DNA of 51,989 nt from a virus. Its lineage: Duplodnaviria > Caudoviricetes. The notes under the pieces were generated by a model that saw nothing but the letters and a program-made list of their open reading frames with translations, was not told where the DNA came from and did no database searches. Location of the stretch: positions 1 to 51,989 of the IMG/VR virus record IMGVR_UViG_3300031965_000042. The stretch is one strand, 5' to 3'. Shown one piece after another: positions 27,074 through 37,173 of this stretch. Each line of letters opens with the position of its first letter. Position 1 is the first letter of the stretch. A program made the translations under genes and the position numbers.

Positions 27074-27234
27074 GTTATACGCCGCTGCAGTTTCAGGCCT
27101 ATCTGCGCCTGGCCGAGCGCGCGCGCGACCAGCGCATGCTGGAATGGTTCGTGTTGCACACGATCGCTGCGCAGGGCGACGAGAAGACGATCAGGCAAAA
27201 GATCAAAGAGTTGCAGGATGCCCTTTCGCATTAG
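26941..27234 (+). CDS. -1 frameshift extension (gpGT-like) from slippery site C CCT TTC at 26941-26947
   Basis: X XXY YYZ heptamer in the correct phase. The -1 frame is open to TAG 27232-27234 (..DPLSYTPLQFQAYLRLAERARD..). Confidence 0.75.
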   Translation, partial: PFRGHAGGHARRRRPAAAAQIEAVGVAIAEAAQLLHQEGHPDPLSYTPLQFQAYLRLAERARDQRMLEWFVLHTIAAQGDEKTIRQKIKELQDALSH

Positions 27235-27871
27235 GATCAAGGGCCCGCCGGCGGGGACGTTCCAACGGGCCATGATAAGGAAATACGATCCGATCGCCGA
27301 AGCGGCGACGCATGCCATGCGTGATCTGGGCAACGAGCTCAAGCTGACCTTGCGCGCCGATATTGCCGCCGCCGGCTTCTCCACCAAATGGCAGAACGCG
27401 CTGCGCGTCGATCTCTATCCGCGCCGCGGCGTGTCGGCAAGCCCGGCTCTGTTTGTGCATCACCGCATTCGCTACGCCGGCGTGTTCGAGCAAGGCACCA
27501 TCATTCGCGGCAAGCCCTATCTATGGATTCCGTTTTCCAACATGCCGAAAAAGATCAGCGGCAAGCGCATGTCGCCGCAGAACTTCAATCTCCTGGTCAA
27601 TGATCTGTTTCCGATCAAGGGCGCGCGCATCCCGCTGCTCGGTGCCAGGGTGCGCGTGTCGCGCCGGCAATCCTTGTCGGCGCGGCCGAAGGTATCACTT
27701 GCCGCGTTGCGCCGTGGGCCTGTCGGCGACAAGGGCGTGAGCCGCACCGTGCCCATCTTTTTCGGCGTGCCGATGGTGACCATCGCCAAGAAATTCCACG
27801 TCGCGTCGCTGTCGCGCGCGGCGGCTTCGCGTTTGCCTGCCCATTATGCCCGCTATCTGAGAGACCGCTGA
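27218..27871 (+). CDS. DUF6441-like neck or tail completion protein
   Basis: Basic protein with LRADIAAAGF..YP..SASPA..VFEQGTIIRGKPYLWIP. Confidence 0.65.
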   Translation: MPFRIRIKGPPAGTFQRAMIRKYDPIAEAATHAMRDLGNELKLTLRADIAAAGFSTKWQNALRVDLYPRRGVSASPALFVHHRIRYAGVFEQGTIIRGKPYLWIPFSNMPKKISGKRMSPQNFNLLVNDLFPIKGARIPLLGARVRVSRRQSLSARPKVSLAALRRGPVGDKGVSRTVPIFFGVPMVTIAKKFHVASLSRAAASRLPAHYARYLRDR

Positions 27872-27873
27872 CT

Positions 27874-30800
27874 ATGGCGCTGACGATTGCGCAACGCATC
27901 GCGCTGGAGGGCAGCACCGAGATCAAGCGCGAGCTGGAAGCGCTTGGCGTCGCCGGCGAGCTTGCCTTCAAGAAATTGCAGCAGGCGGCGGACAAGGTGA
28001 AGGGTCCGCCCGATGCGTTTTCGCGCGCGCTGCAGAATGCCGAACGGCAATTGCGCAATCTCAGCACGAATTTCGATCGCATCGGGCGCAACCTGCAGCA
28101 AGTCGGGCGCCGATTCACGACCTTTCTGACGGCGCCGATCGTCGCCGGCTTTGGCCTGGCCGTTCGCGCCGCGGCCAATTTTGAATCGGCCATGGCCGAT
28201 GTGCGCAAGGTCGTCGACTTCCCGACGCCGCAGGCCTTCGCGCGGTTGGAGGACGATCTCCGGCGTCTGTCGGAAACCATACCGTTGACGGCGACCGAAT
28301 TGGCGACCATCGCTGCGGCCGCCGGCCAGGCCGGCGTCGCCGCCGAGGACCTGGCCGAGTTCACGGAACTGGTGGCGCAATCGGCTATAGCCTTTGGTCT
28401 GAGCGCCGAGGAGGCCGGCAGGCAATTGGCGGTGATCAAGACGGCGCTCGGTCTGAGCACGCCGCAGGTGCGCCTGTTGTCGGACGCGATGAACCAGCTC
28501 GCCAACAATATGGCGGCCTCCGAAGACCAGATCCTGCATGTCGTTACCATCGTCGGCGCGCTCGGCGAGACCGTCGGCGTGTCGGCCACCGACATTGCCG
28601 CGCTTGGTGCGGCGATGACCGCCACCAGCGGCGATGCCGACCGCTCGGCCACGGCGCTGCGCAACGTCATCCAGGCTCTGACCGCCGGCGAGAATGCCAC
28701 GGCGGGGGCCAAGGAAGGCCTGCGCGCGCTCGGTTTGGAGGCGGTCGACGTGGCGCGGCGGCTGCAGGAGGAGGGGGTGGCCGTTCTCGTCGACGTGTTC
28801 GAACGCATCCGCCGCCTGCCGGGGGAATTGCAGGCCTCGACCATCCAGCAGATTTTCGGTCTGCGCGCGGTGTCGTCGGTGGCGCCTCTGGTCAAGCAGA
28901 TCGACGTTCTCGCCGATGCGCTCGGCCTGGTCGCCGAGGAGGCCGACTTCGCCGGATCGACCTTGCGCGAGTTCAACATCAGAAGCGAAACCGCGCTGAC
29001 CACGTTTCAGCTCTTTGGCAATGCGGTCGACAATCTGGCCTCTGCCATCGGCGAGCAGCTCTTGCCGCCGGTCACGCGCGTCACCGAGGCGTTGACCAAT
29101 CTGATCAACAACCTTTCGCGCGCCGACGGAGAGACGCTGGGAGTGGGCGTGCGCATTGCCGGCCTGGCGGCCGCCATCGGCCCGGCGCTGATTGCGCTTG
29201 GTCTTTTGGCGCGCGGCATCGCATTCGTTGCCGGCGGCCTGGCGCTTTTGTTCACCAGCCCGGGGATCGCCGTCTTCGTCGCCGCGCTTGCCGTCGCCGG
29301 TGTGGCTCTGGGCAAGATCATCGAGAGACAGGTGACCGCGGCCGCCGTCGCCGCCGACCATCGTGAATCGATCAACAATCTCGAACAGGCCTTCCGCGAT
29401 GTCGTGGAGGGCGTCGAGGGCGCCGAAGCGGCTTTTGACAGTCTGGCCAAGCGCGAGTTGGCGGAAGCGCAGGCGGCGGTGATCGCCGCGCGTGCTGCGG
29501 TGGAGGCGGCGCGCATTCGTGCCGGGGCGCTCGTCGACAATGCCGGGCCGGCCGGTGCGATCGCGCGTCTGCGCGCCGGCTTCGGCGGCGCCAACGAGGA
29601 GCTCGAGCAGGCACAGCAGAATCTGCGCGAGATCGAAAACAGATTGCTCGCGATTGCCGCCGTGCGTGGCGATCCGGAGGCTCTTTCCACCTTGCGCGAG
29701 CGCATGGCCGCCAACAGCGAATTGGCCGAGCGTCTTTCTTTCGCTTTGGGCGAGGTCGGCGCCAGCGGCGAACGCGCCGGGCAACAAGTGGCCGAGGGCA
29801 TGGGCGAAGCCGGCGAGGCGATCGGTGACGCCGCCGATCGTGCCGACCGCATCATCACCGTGTTCCGTGACGGCGTGCCGGTGCGCTTCGGCGTGTTCGA
29901 CGGCATCGTGCGCGCGCTGGATGACGTCTCGGACGGGGCTGAGGATGCCGGCGCGGCCGTCGGTCACGCCTCCGGCGAACTGATCGACTTTCAGGCCGAG
30001 CTGCAAAGGCTTGGACGCGTGCAGGCCGACGATCCGACCGAGCCCATGCGCGAAGGCGTGCGCGAGACGGAGCGCGCCGCCGGTGAAGCCTTCGCCGAAA
30101 TCGAGCGGCGGGGCGAGCAGGCCGGTGTCGCCATCGGCGGCGCGCTCGGACGTGTCGCCGACGGCGCGGAAGCCGATTTTGAGCGTGTAGCGGCGTCGGT
30201 CGAGCGTCTGGCCGACACCTTGCAACAGGCGACCACACTGACCGCCCCGCAAGAATCCGAGGGCCCGGCGATCAGCGGCAGCGGACAATTCCGCTTCATC
30301 GTGGAATCCGCCGAACAGGCGCGTGACCAGGTGGCCGAGCTGTTCAACCAGCTCTCCGATGTGATCGTGTCGGCCTTGTTCGATTCGGTGGCAGCGTGGG
30401 ATCAACTGCCGCTGGCAGCCGTCAATGCCTCCAACAATATCGTGGCCGCCTTCGAGGGGCTGGGTGAGCGTCTGGGCACCGCCTTCCGCGCCATTGTCGG
30501 CGCGGTGCGTGCGCAATTTCTTGCCTTGGAGCGATCGATCGCTTCGGTGATCGCACGGCTGGTGCGCGAACTGAGCCGGCTGCAGGCGGCGATCGCCGGA
30601 GCGCGCGCGGAAGCGGCGGCGGCCGGCTCGGAGGGGGGCGGTGGTGGTTTTGCCGCCGGCGGTGGGGTGTTCGGGCCGGCCGGCACCGATGTCATACCGG
30701 CCTGGCTCACGTCGGGCGAATGGGTGCAGCCGGTGCCGGCGGTGCGTTATTACGGCGCCCCCTTCATGCAGGCGATCCGCTCGCTGCGCTTCCCGCGCGC

Positions 30801-31080
30801 TTTGGCGCAGGCCTTTTCCGTCGGCGATGTCACGGCGCGGCTGCAACATAGCTTCGCGCCGGCGTCGCGGTTCGCCTTCCAGGCCGGCGGCGCCGTTCCC
30901 GCCGTATCGCCGGTCGACGGCGTCGCTCCGCGCACGGTGCGGCTGGAGTTCCGGATAGGCGACATTGCCTTTCCGCCGATCGTCACCGACGAGTCGATCG
31001 CCGCCGGCTGGGCGCGGGCGGCCAATCGCGCCGCCGATTTGAGCGCCGGGCGCGGGCAGGATTTCTTTGGGCGGAAATGA
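27874..31080 (+). CDS. tail tape measure protein
   Basis: 1068 aa, Ala-rich and helical. FESAMADVRKVVDF core and C-terminal FAAGG..GTDVIPAWLTSGEWV. Confidence 0.93.
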   Translation: MALTIAQRIALEGSTEIKRELEALGVAGELAFKKLQQAADKVKGPPDAFSRALQNAERQLRNLSTNFDRIGRNLQQVGRRFTTFLTAPIVAGFGLAVRAAANFESAMADVRKVVDFPTPQAFARLEDDLRRLSETIPLTATELATIAAAAGQAGVAAEDLAEFTELVAQSAIAFGLSAEEAGRQLAVIKTALGLSTPQVRLLSDAMNQLANNMAASEDQILHVVTIVGALGETVGVSATDIAALGAAMTATSGDADRSATALRNVIQALTAGENATAGAKEGLRALGLEAVDVARRLQEEGVAVLVDVFERIRRLPGELQASTIQQIFGLRAVSSVAPLVKQIDVLADALGLVAEEADFAGSTLREFNIRSETALTTFQLFGNAVDNLASAIGEQLLPPVTRVTEALTNLINNLSRADGETLGVGVRIAGLAAAIGPALIALGLLARGIAFVAGGLALLFTSPGIAVFVAALAVAGVALGKIIERQVTAAAVAADHRESINNLEQAFRDVVEGVEGAEAAFDSLAKRELAEAQAAVIAARAAVEAARIRAGALVDNAGPAGAIARLRAGFGGANEELEQAQQNLREIENRLLAIAAVRGDPEALSTLRERMAANSELAERLSFALGEVGASGERAGQQVAEGMGEAGEAIGDAADRADRIITVFRDGVPVRFGVFDGIVRALDDVSDGAEDAGAAVGHASGELIDFQAELQRLGRVQADDPTEPMREGVRETERAAGEAFAEIERRGEQAGVAIGGALGRVADGAEADFERVAASVERLADTLQQATTLTAPQESEGPAISGSGQFRFIVESAEQARDQVAELFNQLSDVIVSALFDSVAAWDQLPLAAVNASNNIVAAFEGLGERLGTAFRAIVGAVRAQFLALERSIASVIARLVRELSRLQAAIAGARAEAAAAGSEGGGGGFAAGGGVFGPAGTDVIPAWLTSGEWVQPVPAVRYYGAPFMQAIRSLRFPRALAQAFSVGDVTARLQHSFAPASRFAFQAGGAVPAVSPVDGVAPRTVRLEFRIGDIAFPPIVTDESIAAGWARAANRAADLSAGRGQDFFGRK

Positions 31081-31512
31081 ATGAGCGATGACACGCTGCT
31101 GCGCCTCACCGGCCTCGGTATCCCGCCCTATTCGGCGCGCGGCATCGTCGAGACCCTGACGCCGATCGACCAGCAGGGATTCTTCGCCCGCTCCATCACC
31201 AGCGGCACCTTGCTCAATCTCGGTCTGAGCGACCTGCAGAAATACCGCATTCGCCTGGAGGCCGAAGACATTCGGCCGCCGGCCTTCGAGGCGATGTGGC
31301 GTGGCACCGAGCTGGAGGTGGAGCTGACCACGGTGCTGGCCGTGGAAGGGTCGGCGGCGCCGTCAAAGCCCTATGTCGAGGGCAGCGTCGAGGAGGCCGA
31401 CGGCTTCACCCGCTACCGGCCGAAGCTCGACGTCATGGTGGTCGATTTCTCCTTGCAGAACGACGAATGGGAGGCCTTGCGCCGATGGTCGCTCACGCTT
31501 GAGGAGATCTGA
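31081..31512 (+). CDS. distal tail protein-like
   Basis: Directly after the tape measure. GIPPYSARGI..TL and WSLTLEEI. Confidence 0.6.
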   Translation: MSDDTLLRLTGLGIPPYSARGIVETLTPIDQQGFFARSITSGTLLNLGLSDLQKYRIRLEAEDIRPPAFEAMWRGTELEVELTTVLAVEGSAAPSKPYVEGSVEEADGFTRYRPKLDVMVVDFSLQNDEWEALRRWSLTLEEI

Positions 31513-33332
31513 TGCTGACCTTCGCCTGGGTCGATGCGGATGAGGCCGACTTTCTGCCCGAACATGCGCGCGCTGATCTGGAGATCGTCAGCGTCGTCAT
31601 CGCGCAGGAGGAGGGCCAGTTCGCGGAGGCTATTCTGACCGTCAAGAATCCGCGCGTGGGTCTGCTGTCGCCGGGGCGAAAAGTGTGGGCGTGGATCGGC
31701 TGGGACGATGACGACACCGCGGCGGTGCCGTTGTTCTTCGGTCACTTGCGCGCCTGGCCGACGGATTTTCTGGCCGATGCCGTCGACCTGCAATTCCTCG
31801 CCGAGCCGGATGATTTCCTGGAGCAGAAGCAGGCCGTCGCCGCTGCGCTCAAGGAGTTCCCCTTCTACGATCCGATCTGGTTCGGCGAGGAGGACCGCGA
31901 CGATGCCGACGCCATCATTCAGGCGCGCACCGTCGCCTGGCATATCGACCGCACGTCGCTCACCGTCTCGGTCTCCGATCTCGTCGCCGGCGAGGACGGC
32001 ACACTCATCATTCCGACCGAGCACGAAGGCTTCGACCAATCTCTCAACGGCCAGTTCGTGGCGCTGCCCAAAAGCAGCATCAGGGTCACCGCCGATGTCT
32101 ATTGGCGGCAGCACGCGGCGGGCTCCGTCGACGTGTCGCCGCGCTTCGTGCAGGCGGCCGCCGCCGCCGGGTCTCAATATGGTTTGATCCAGACCTATAC
32201 CGGCGAAGGCCTGTTGCGGGACATACCGAAAAAGAGCCAGGCCATCGGCAGCGGCTGGCGATGGGGCGACATGTTCGTGGTGCGCGGTGAAAAGAAATTC
32301 CTGCCGGAGGAGTTTGAGCAGGTCGAGATCACCGGAAAATATTCGTGGTATATCAATTTTCCGCTGTGGAGCTTCAAGCCTGACTTCAATGTCGAGTATG
32401 AGGTCGATCGTTCCTTCCAGGAGCGCGTGACCTTCACGCTGACGGCGGACATTCAGGCTTTGCCCGGACGCCCCGACGAACCGATCGAGCTCGATTTGTC
32501 GTCGCGCTATGTCGGCGAGCCGGTCGACGATCCCGACACGACCAGCACCGCCGGAGACAAGGATGTGCCGATCGGCGATCTGCGCAGGCGCAGCTATTTC
32601 CAGACGGCGCGCGGGCAGCAGTCGATCGACTACCTGATGATGCTGGCGGCGGCCGATCTGATCAGCCGCGCGCGCGCGGTCCTGGTGCAATGCGACATTA
32701 CGCTGCGCGACGGGTTCGGGCTTTCCTTGCGCAAATCGGCGACGATCACCACGCCGCGCCTTCCGGGCGGCACTGCTACCGGCAAGATCGTGGCTTACCA
32801 GATCATCGCCGACGGCGTCACCGGCACCAATCTGGCCAGGCTCACCATCGCCTGCACGATCGGCCATGATGGCAGCGTGGCGCCGAGCGCCGGCACGCCG
32901 GTCTGGGTGTCGGCCGATTGGGTCGAGCCTGGCTGGCAGGTCTATCAGGGGCAGCAGATGCAGCCGTCGGATGACGTCGAGGTCTATTGGGAGATCGACG
33001 ATCTGATCAAGGAGCCGGACGACGACGGTGTGGATTTTTACAATCTCTCCTACGCCAACGTGTTCGATGAGGACACGACGTTCGGCGGTCTGCAAATGGT
33101 CAACGGGCGCACGGCGCAGGAGGAGCTCATTCAGGCTTTGCGCGGCGGCACGCCGCTTGTCTATTCGCCGGCGCCGACCGATCCGATGCAGGCGCTCAAC
33201 GCGCTCAACGAAGTCTACAGCCAGTTCCATGGACAACTGATCAAGCTCCGAAAGGATCCGTTTCTGACCGAATACGAGCTGACCGTTTCCGAACTGGACG
33301 TGCCCAAGACCATCGATCTTGAGGCGGCATGA
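31512..33332 (+). CDS. tail tip or hub protein
   Basis: 606-aa acidic ORF in the tail tip position, coupled on both sides. Confidence 0.6.
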   Translation: MLTFAWVDADEADFLPEHARADLEIVSVVIAQEEGQFAEAILTVKNPRVGLLSPGRKVWAWIGWDDDDTAAVPLFFGHLRAWPTDFLADAVDLQFLAEPDDFLEQKQAVAAALKEFPFYDPIWFGEEDRDDADAIIQARTVAWHIDRTSLTVSVSDLVAGEDGTLIIPTEHEGFDQSLNGQFVALPKSSIRVTADVYWRQHAAGSVDVSPRFVQAAAAAGSQYGLIQTYTGEGLLRDIPKKSQAIGSGWRWGDMFVVRGEKKFLPEEFEQVEITGKYSWYINFPLWSFKPDFNVEYEVDRSFQERVTFTLTADIQALPGRPDEPIELDLSSRYVGEPVDDPDTTSTAGDKDVPIGDLRRRSYFQTARGQQSIDYLMMLAAADLISRARAVLVQCDITLRDGFGLSLRKSATITTPRLPGGTATGKIVAYQIIADGVTGTNLARLTIACTIGHDGSVAPSAGTPVWVSADWVEPGWQVYQGQQMQPSDDVEVYWEIDDLIKEPDDDGVDFYNLSYANVFDEDTTFGGLQMVNGRTAQEELIQALRGGTPLVYSPAPTDPMQALNALNEVYSQFHGQLIKLRKDPFLTEYELTVSELDVPKTIDLEAA

Positions 33333-33781
33333 ACTTTTTTCCAAAATATGGTGTGCCCGGTCGAGGTGCCGCCATCCTACAGCGACAGCAGCCGCTTTTC
33401 GTCAAGCATGTGGCGCGTGCTCTGGTCACGCGATCGCAGCTTGTGCTCGAGCGCCTGATCTCCAACCGCATCGGCGAAAGCGATCTGGAGGAGACCGAGT
33501 TCGTGTTCGGTCAGCCCTCGAATTTTTCTCTGATCGCGGCGGCCGAGGAGCCGCAGGTCACCGTCAATTTTCCCGATGAAACACCGCCTCCGGATGAGGT
33601 CGAGGTGATCGAATACGATGAGGTGTGGCGCCAATACGAGACGGTGCGCGTGGAGAACCCTGACGACGAGGATCAATACATCGAGGAGGAGCGCAGTCTT
33701 AAGGTGCGCTTCGTGCGTCAATCGGATGGCAAGTTCATCCAGCTCAATCTGAGATACGACGGACCGGCGACGGAAGTCTGA
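33329..33781 (+). CDS. putative virion protein
   Basis: Coupled ORF with TVRVENPDDEDQYI motif. Confidence 0.55.
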   Translation: MNFFPKYGVPGRGAAILQRQQPLFVKHVARALVTRSQLVLERLISNRIGESDLEETEFVFGQPSNFSLIAAAEEPQVTVNFPDETPPPDEVEVIEYDEVWRQYETVRVENPDDEDQYIEEERSLKVRFVRQSDGKFIQLNLRYDGPATEV

Positions 33782-34530
33782 TGCCGTTCGGTGGTGGGAA
33801 CAATCCCCCGGTCCGCATCGATCCGTTCAAGGACATCGTGAATGTCCATTGGGGCATCCCCTTTGTGTATGTCGCGCTGCAGCGGTCGCTTGCCTCCACG
33901 GAAGCCTTTTCCAGCGGCACATTTCCTTTCGGCGAGCCGATCTCCGGAAGTTTTTCGAATGCATATTTGGATACGACCACCATCGTATCCGATTCCAGGC
34001 CGCCGAGCGGCGCGGAGTTTCCCTTCATCGCCTCCGCCTTTGTGTGGAAAGGCGAGGAGACCGGATGGGTGCAGATACCGGCCGCCGATAGCACCGGCTC
34101 CGAGCTCGATTTCGCCGGCATACCCGAGTTCAGCCACGCCGACACGTATGGGGCATGGGATTTCGTCAGTACTGGGAATCCGGATGTGCCAAGCTCCACC
34201 TCGCCGCGGCTTGGTACTGAGCAGCTCGGCGGGGAGGCTCTCCCCGAGAATTTTCCCAAACTTGGTGGCAGTCCCTTCGTTGATTCCCTGCAGATACGCC
34301 TCTTCGTGGAGGCCATCGTGCCGGAAGAGTTGTTGCAGGAAGACCCGGTGCCGCCGGAGCCTGACGGCCCCGACTTCGCCAACTTTCCGTCGGCGACACA
34401 CGAGGAGACGGGTGTCTCCTATGTCATCGACTATTCCGGGGCGAGCCTGACCTACAAGGGCCACGCCTATGACGCTGTCGGCATGCAGGCGGGCTTCTTT
34501 CTTCTTTTTGCCAGATCGGAGGCGACCTGA
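33781..34530 (+). CDS. putative virion protein
   Basis: Coupled ORF with VRIDPFKDIVNVHW N-terminus. Confidence 0.55.
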   Translation: MPFGGGNNPPVRIDPFKDIVNVHWGIPFVYVALQRSLASTEAFSSGTFPFGEPISGSFSNAYLDTTTIVSDSRPPSGAEFPFIASAFVWKGEETGWVQIPAADSTGSELDFAGIPEFSHADTYGAWDFVSTGNPDVPSSTSPRLGTEQLGGEALPENFPKLGGSPFVDSLQIRLFVEAIVPEELLQEDPVPPEPDGPDFANFPSATHEETGVSYVIDYSGASLTYKGHAYDAVGMQAGFFLLFARSEAT

Positions 34531-35102
34531 TGGTCGACATTCGCTTTGTCGATCCTGACTTCGGCGGCGATACAGTCCCGCACACGCGCAAGCAGGCCGA
34601 CCAAAACAATTTTAATCTCAAGGAGGCGATTGAGACTATTGAGGCAGCCCTGCCGGGACAGCCCTATCAGATCACGCTCGTCACCCAGGTCGACGATCTC
34701 TTTTATCTGCACCTGTCGGATGGCGAGACCGTGCTCGGTCCCATCACCATCCCGCGTTCGATCCCGGCCACCGTGGTTACCGTCAGCGCCGCGGCCTATA
34801 CGCCAGCACTGGGCGAGGCCAATTCCTATTTCCGCGGCGCCAATGCCGGAGGGCTCGCCTTCACCATCCCGGATGAATCGACGGTCAACTATCCCGTCGG
34901 CACCTGGTTCGGTTTCTATCAGGCGGCGCCGTTGCCGGTGACGCTGATCGAAGGGGCGACGGCGGTGGTGTTCAACCTGCCGACCGGCAAGGCGGCGGAG
35001 ACGGCGGAACAGGGCGCCTTCATTCTGGCCAAGAAGGTCGCCACCGATGAATGGGACGTGATCGGCTGGCTGGCTGATGCGAGCACGGGCACCGCGACCT
35101 GA
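34530..35102 (+). CDS. putative tail fibre or adaptor protein
   Basis: QADQNNFNL N-terminus and C-terminal VNYPVGT...KKVATDEWDVIG. Confidence 0.6.
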   Translation: MVDIRFVDPDFGGDTVPHTRKQADQNNFNLKEAIETIEAALPGQPYQITLVTQVDDLFYLHLSDGETVLGPITIPRSIPATVVTVSAAAYTPALGEANSYFRGANAGGLAFTIPDESTVNYPVGTWFGFYQAAPLPVTLIEGATAVVFNLPTGKAAETAEQGAFILAKKVATDEWDVIGWLADASTGTAT

Positions 35103-35776
35103 TGGCGGAGGAAATGATCTTCGCCGCCGGCGCCATGCAGATGTTGATGGAGGAGGCGGCCGCCTATCCCGGCGCGCTTGCCTATATGGATTTCATCGCC
35201 GGCATCTATGCCGTCGGCGATACCGAATTGACGGCGAGCGATGTGGTCGATTCGCCAGGCCTGATCGGAGCGGCTGGCTTGGCCGTGCCGGCGGCCGACA
35301 CGCCGCCGGAGATCATCGGCGCCATGCTGGCGGCGCTCGGCGACGCCATCGAGGACATGACGCTGCTCGTGGAGTGGACGGACTTCGACGGCAACGATCA
35401 TTATCCTTTCTACCTGACCAGCGACCCGCCGTCCTGGTCCTATACGTGCTCGCTGTTCCTGGACAAATCGGCACCGCTGCTCATCCCGTTCTTCAACGAC
35501 AACTCGACGTCGGCGCGCAGCATCTTCTCGTTCTCCGCGATCGCGGTGGGGACGCATCGCGCAGCCCTGACCAGAAAGACGGAGCGGCTCGCCGGCTCGA
35601 TCGACGGTGCGACGGTGGAGACGAAGGAGCAGGCGGCCGCCGGTCCGTTCACGCTGACGCGCGGTGCCTTCGGCGGCTTGCCGGGGGACACCACGGCGGC
35701 CGCGCTCTATGTGCGCAAGTTCATCCTCTATTCTTCAATGGCCGACGCGCAGCTCCCCGCGCTGTCGGTGATTTAG
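35102..35776 (+). CDS. putative virion protein, beta-sandwich (LamG-like)
   Basis: HRAALT..GSIDG..RKFILYSSMADAQL pattern. Confidence 0.5.
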   Translation: MAEEMIFAAGAMQMLMEEAAAYPGALAYMDFIAGIYAVGDTELTASDVVDSPGLIGAAGLAVPAADTPPEIIGAMLAALGDAIEDMTLLVEWTDFDGNDHYPFYLTSDPPSWSYTCSLFLDKSAPLLIPFFNDNSTSARSIFSFSAIAVGTHRAALTRKTERLAGSIDGATVETKEQAAAGPFTLTRGAFGGLPGDTTAAALYVRKFILYSSMADAQLPALSVI

Positions 35777-35787
35777 GAGCTGCCCAG

Positions 35788-36102
35788 ATGGCAAACGTCA
35801 AGATTGCGTTCACCAAGGCCGTCCTGAAGACGCATATGGTTCCGGTGGTGCAGGGCGACAGCGTGCGCAGTGAAATCCTGGCCACGGCCACCGACAGCGT
35901 GCAGAGCACGTTGCAGGCGGCCGACGGCGAAAACATCATGACCGTCATCGCCGACGATGACGTGTGGGTGGCGATCGGCACCAACCCCACAGCCGCCAAC
36001 GATCTGGCCACCGGCGACGAGCATATCGCCTCGCATTTCTGCAAGGCGAACATCCAGCGCGAGTTCTGGGTTGAGACCGGCTACAAGATCGCGGTGATCT
36101 GA
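35788..36102 (+). CDS. small virion protein
   Basis: SD AGGAG and DVWVAIGTNPTA motif. Confidence 0.65.
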   Translation: MANVKIAFTKAVLKTHMVPVVQGDSVRSEILATATDSVQSTLQAADGENIMTVIADDDVWVAIGTNPTAANDLATGDEHIASHFCKANIQREFWVETGYKIAVI

Positions 36103-37172
36103 TGCGCTTGGGTCTCGGGTTTGGATTCCAGGCCGGCGCTGGTCAGGGTATCGACGAAACCGCGATCGCGATCGCCTGGGCGGCAGGACATGAAAATGGT
36201 GTCTTTGCCGAGGACGACGCGCCCGGCACGGTAATCGGCACGCTGTCTGGCGGTGACGGATCGAACTACTCATTGTCGGACGACGCTGACGGCAAGGTCG
36301 CGCTGAGCGGCGCTAACGTGATTGTCGGCGTTGGTAGTCTCTTGGCCGGAAGCTATGAGTTCGTCGTGACGAGCGGGGAGCAGAGCAACGCCGTTGGATT
36401 CGAGATACTGATCTACGAGGCGAACTCGGTCAGCTTTGATGGCGTGAACGACTATCTGACGCGCGACGGTGGTCTTACGGGAGCGGTGGACAGCAAGAAG
36501 TTGACGCTGGTCTTCTTCATCCGGAAGCAGGGATCGGATGACAGTTCCGAGCGTTTGTTCGTTGGAGCGACTACGCTGGGCGGAACGACTGAGAGATTCA
36601 GGTGCGTCAAAGCTAGCGGAAATACTATAGCGTTGGTGGGGTTCAACGCAGCAGATTCTCAGATACTCAGCATTCAGGCAAGTGGTGGTGCAGTGGAGGT
36701 GGCGGACGGATGGGTGCCGGTCTTGATCGCCGTTGATATGTCGGACGTGAACAAGCGTCACCTCTATATCGGTGATACACTCGATCTGAGCGTGAGTGTT
36801 TATAACGATGACACGTTCGACTTTACTCTCGCAGACTGGTGTATTGGCGCGCGATCTGATGGTCTCAACAAGATTGAGGCCGATTTCACGCATTTCTGGT
36901 TCATGCCTGGTTTGTACATAGATTTCAGTTTGGAGAGCAACCGAAGGAAGTTTCTTACGCCCGACGGGCGACCAGCCTTCTTGGGCGCGAGTGGGGAGTA
37001 TCCGACCGGCACGCCCCCATTGGTCTACATGAGTGGTGCTACGGATACGTGGCACGTCAACGATGGTTCCGGCGGCGGATTTACAGAGAATGGTGCGCTA
37101 ACTGACGGCGGTGACGCCGGGACTGCCGGTCAACCAATCGGTCTTCTTTTGACACTTACAAAGGCATCTTGA
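36102..37172 (+). CDS. virion protein with cadherin-like and LamG/concanavalin-like domains
   Basis: EDDAPGTVIGTLS..YSLSDDADG, then SVSFDGVNDYL and NRRKF..GRP. Confidence 0.6.
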   Translation: MRLGLGFGFQAGAGQGIDETAIAIAWAAGHENGVFAEDDAPGTVIGTLSGGDGSNYSLSDDADGKVALSGANVIVGVGSLLAGSYEFVVTSGEQSNAVGFEILIYEANSVSFDGVNDYLTRDGGLTGAVDSKKLTLVFFIRKQGSDDSSERLFVGATTLGGTTERFRCVKASGNTIALVGFNAADSQILSIQASGGAVEVADGWVPVLIAVDMSDVNKRHLYIGDTLDLSVSVYNDDTFDFTLADWCIGARSDGLNKIEADFTHFWFMPGLYIDFSLESNRRKFLTPDGRPAFLGASGEYPTGTPPLVYMSGATDTWHVNDGSGGGFTENGALTDGGDAGTAGQPIGLLLTLTKAS

Positions 37173-37173
37173 G

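Noticed and set aside
27853-30849. 998-aa minus-strand ORF and other long antisense ORFs (e.g. 31413-33344, 13940-15406, 46426-47973)
   Set aside because: Shadow frames of high-GC genes with no recognisable motifs.
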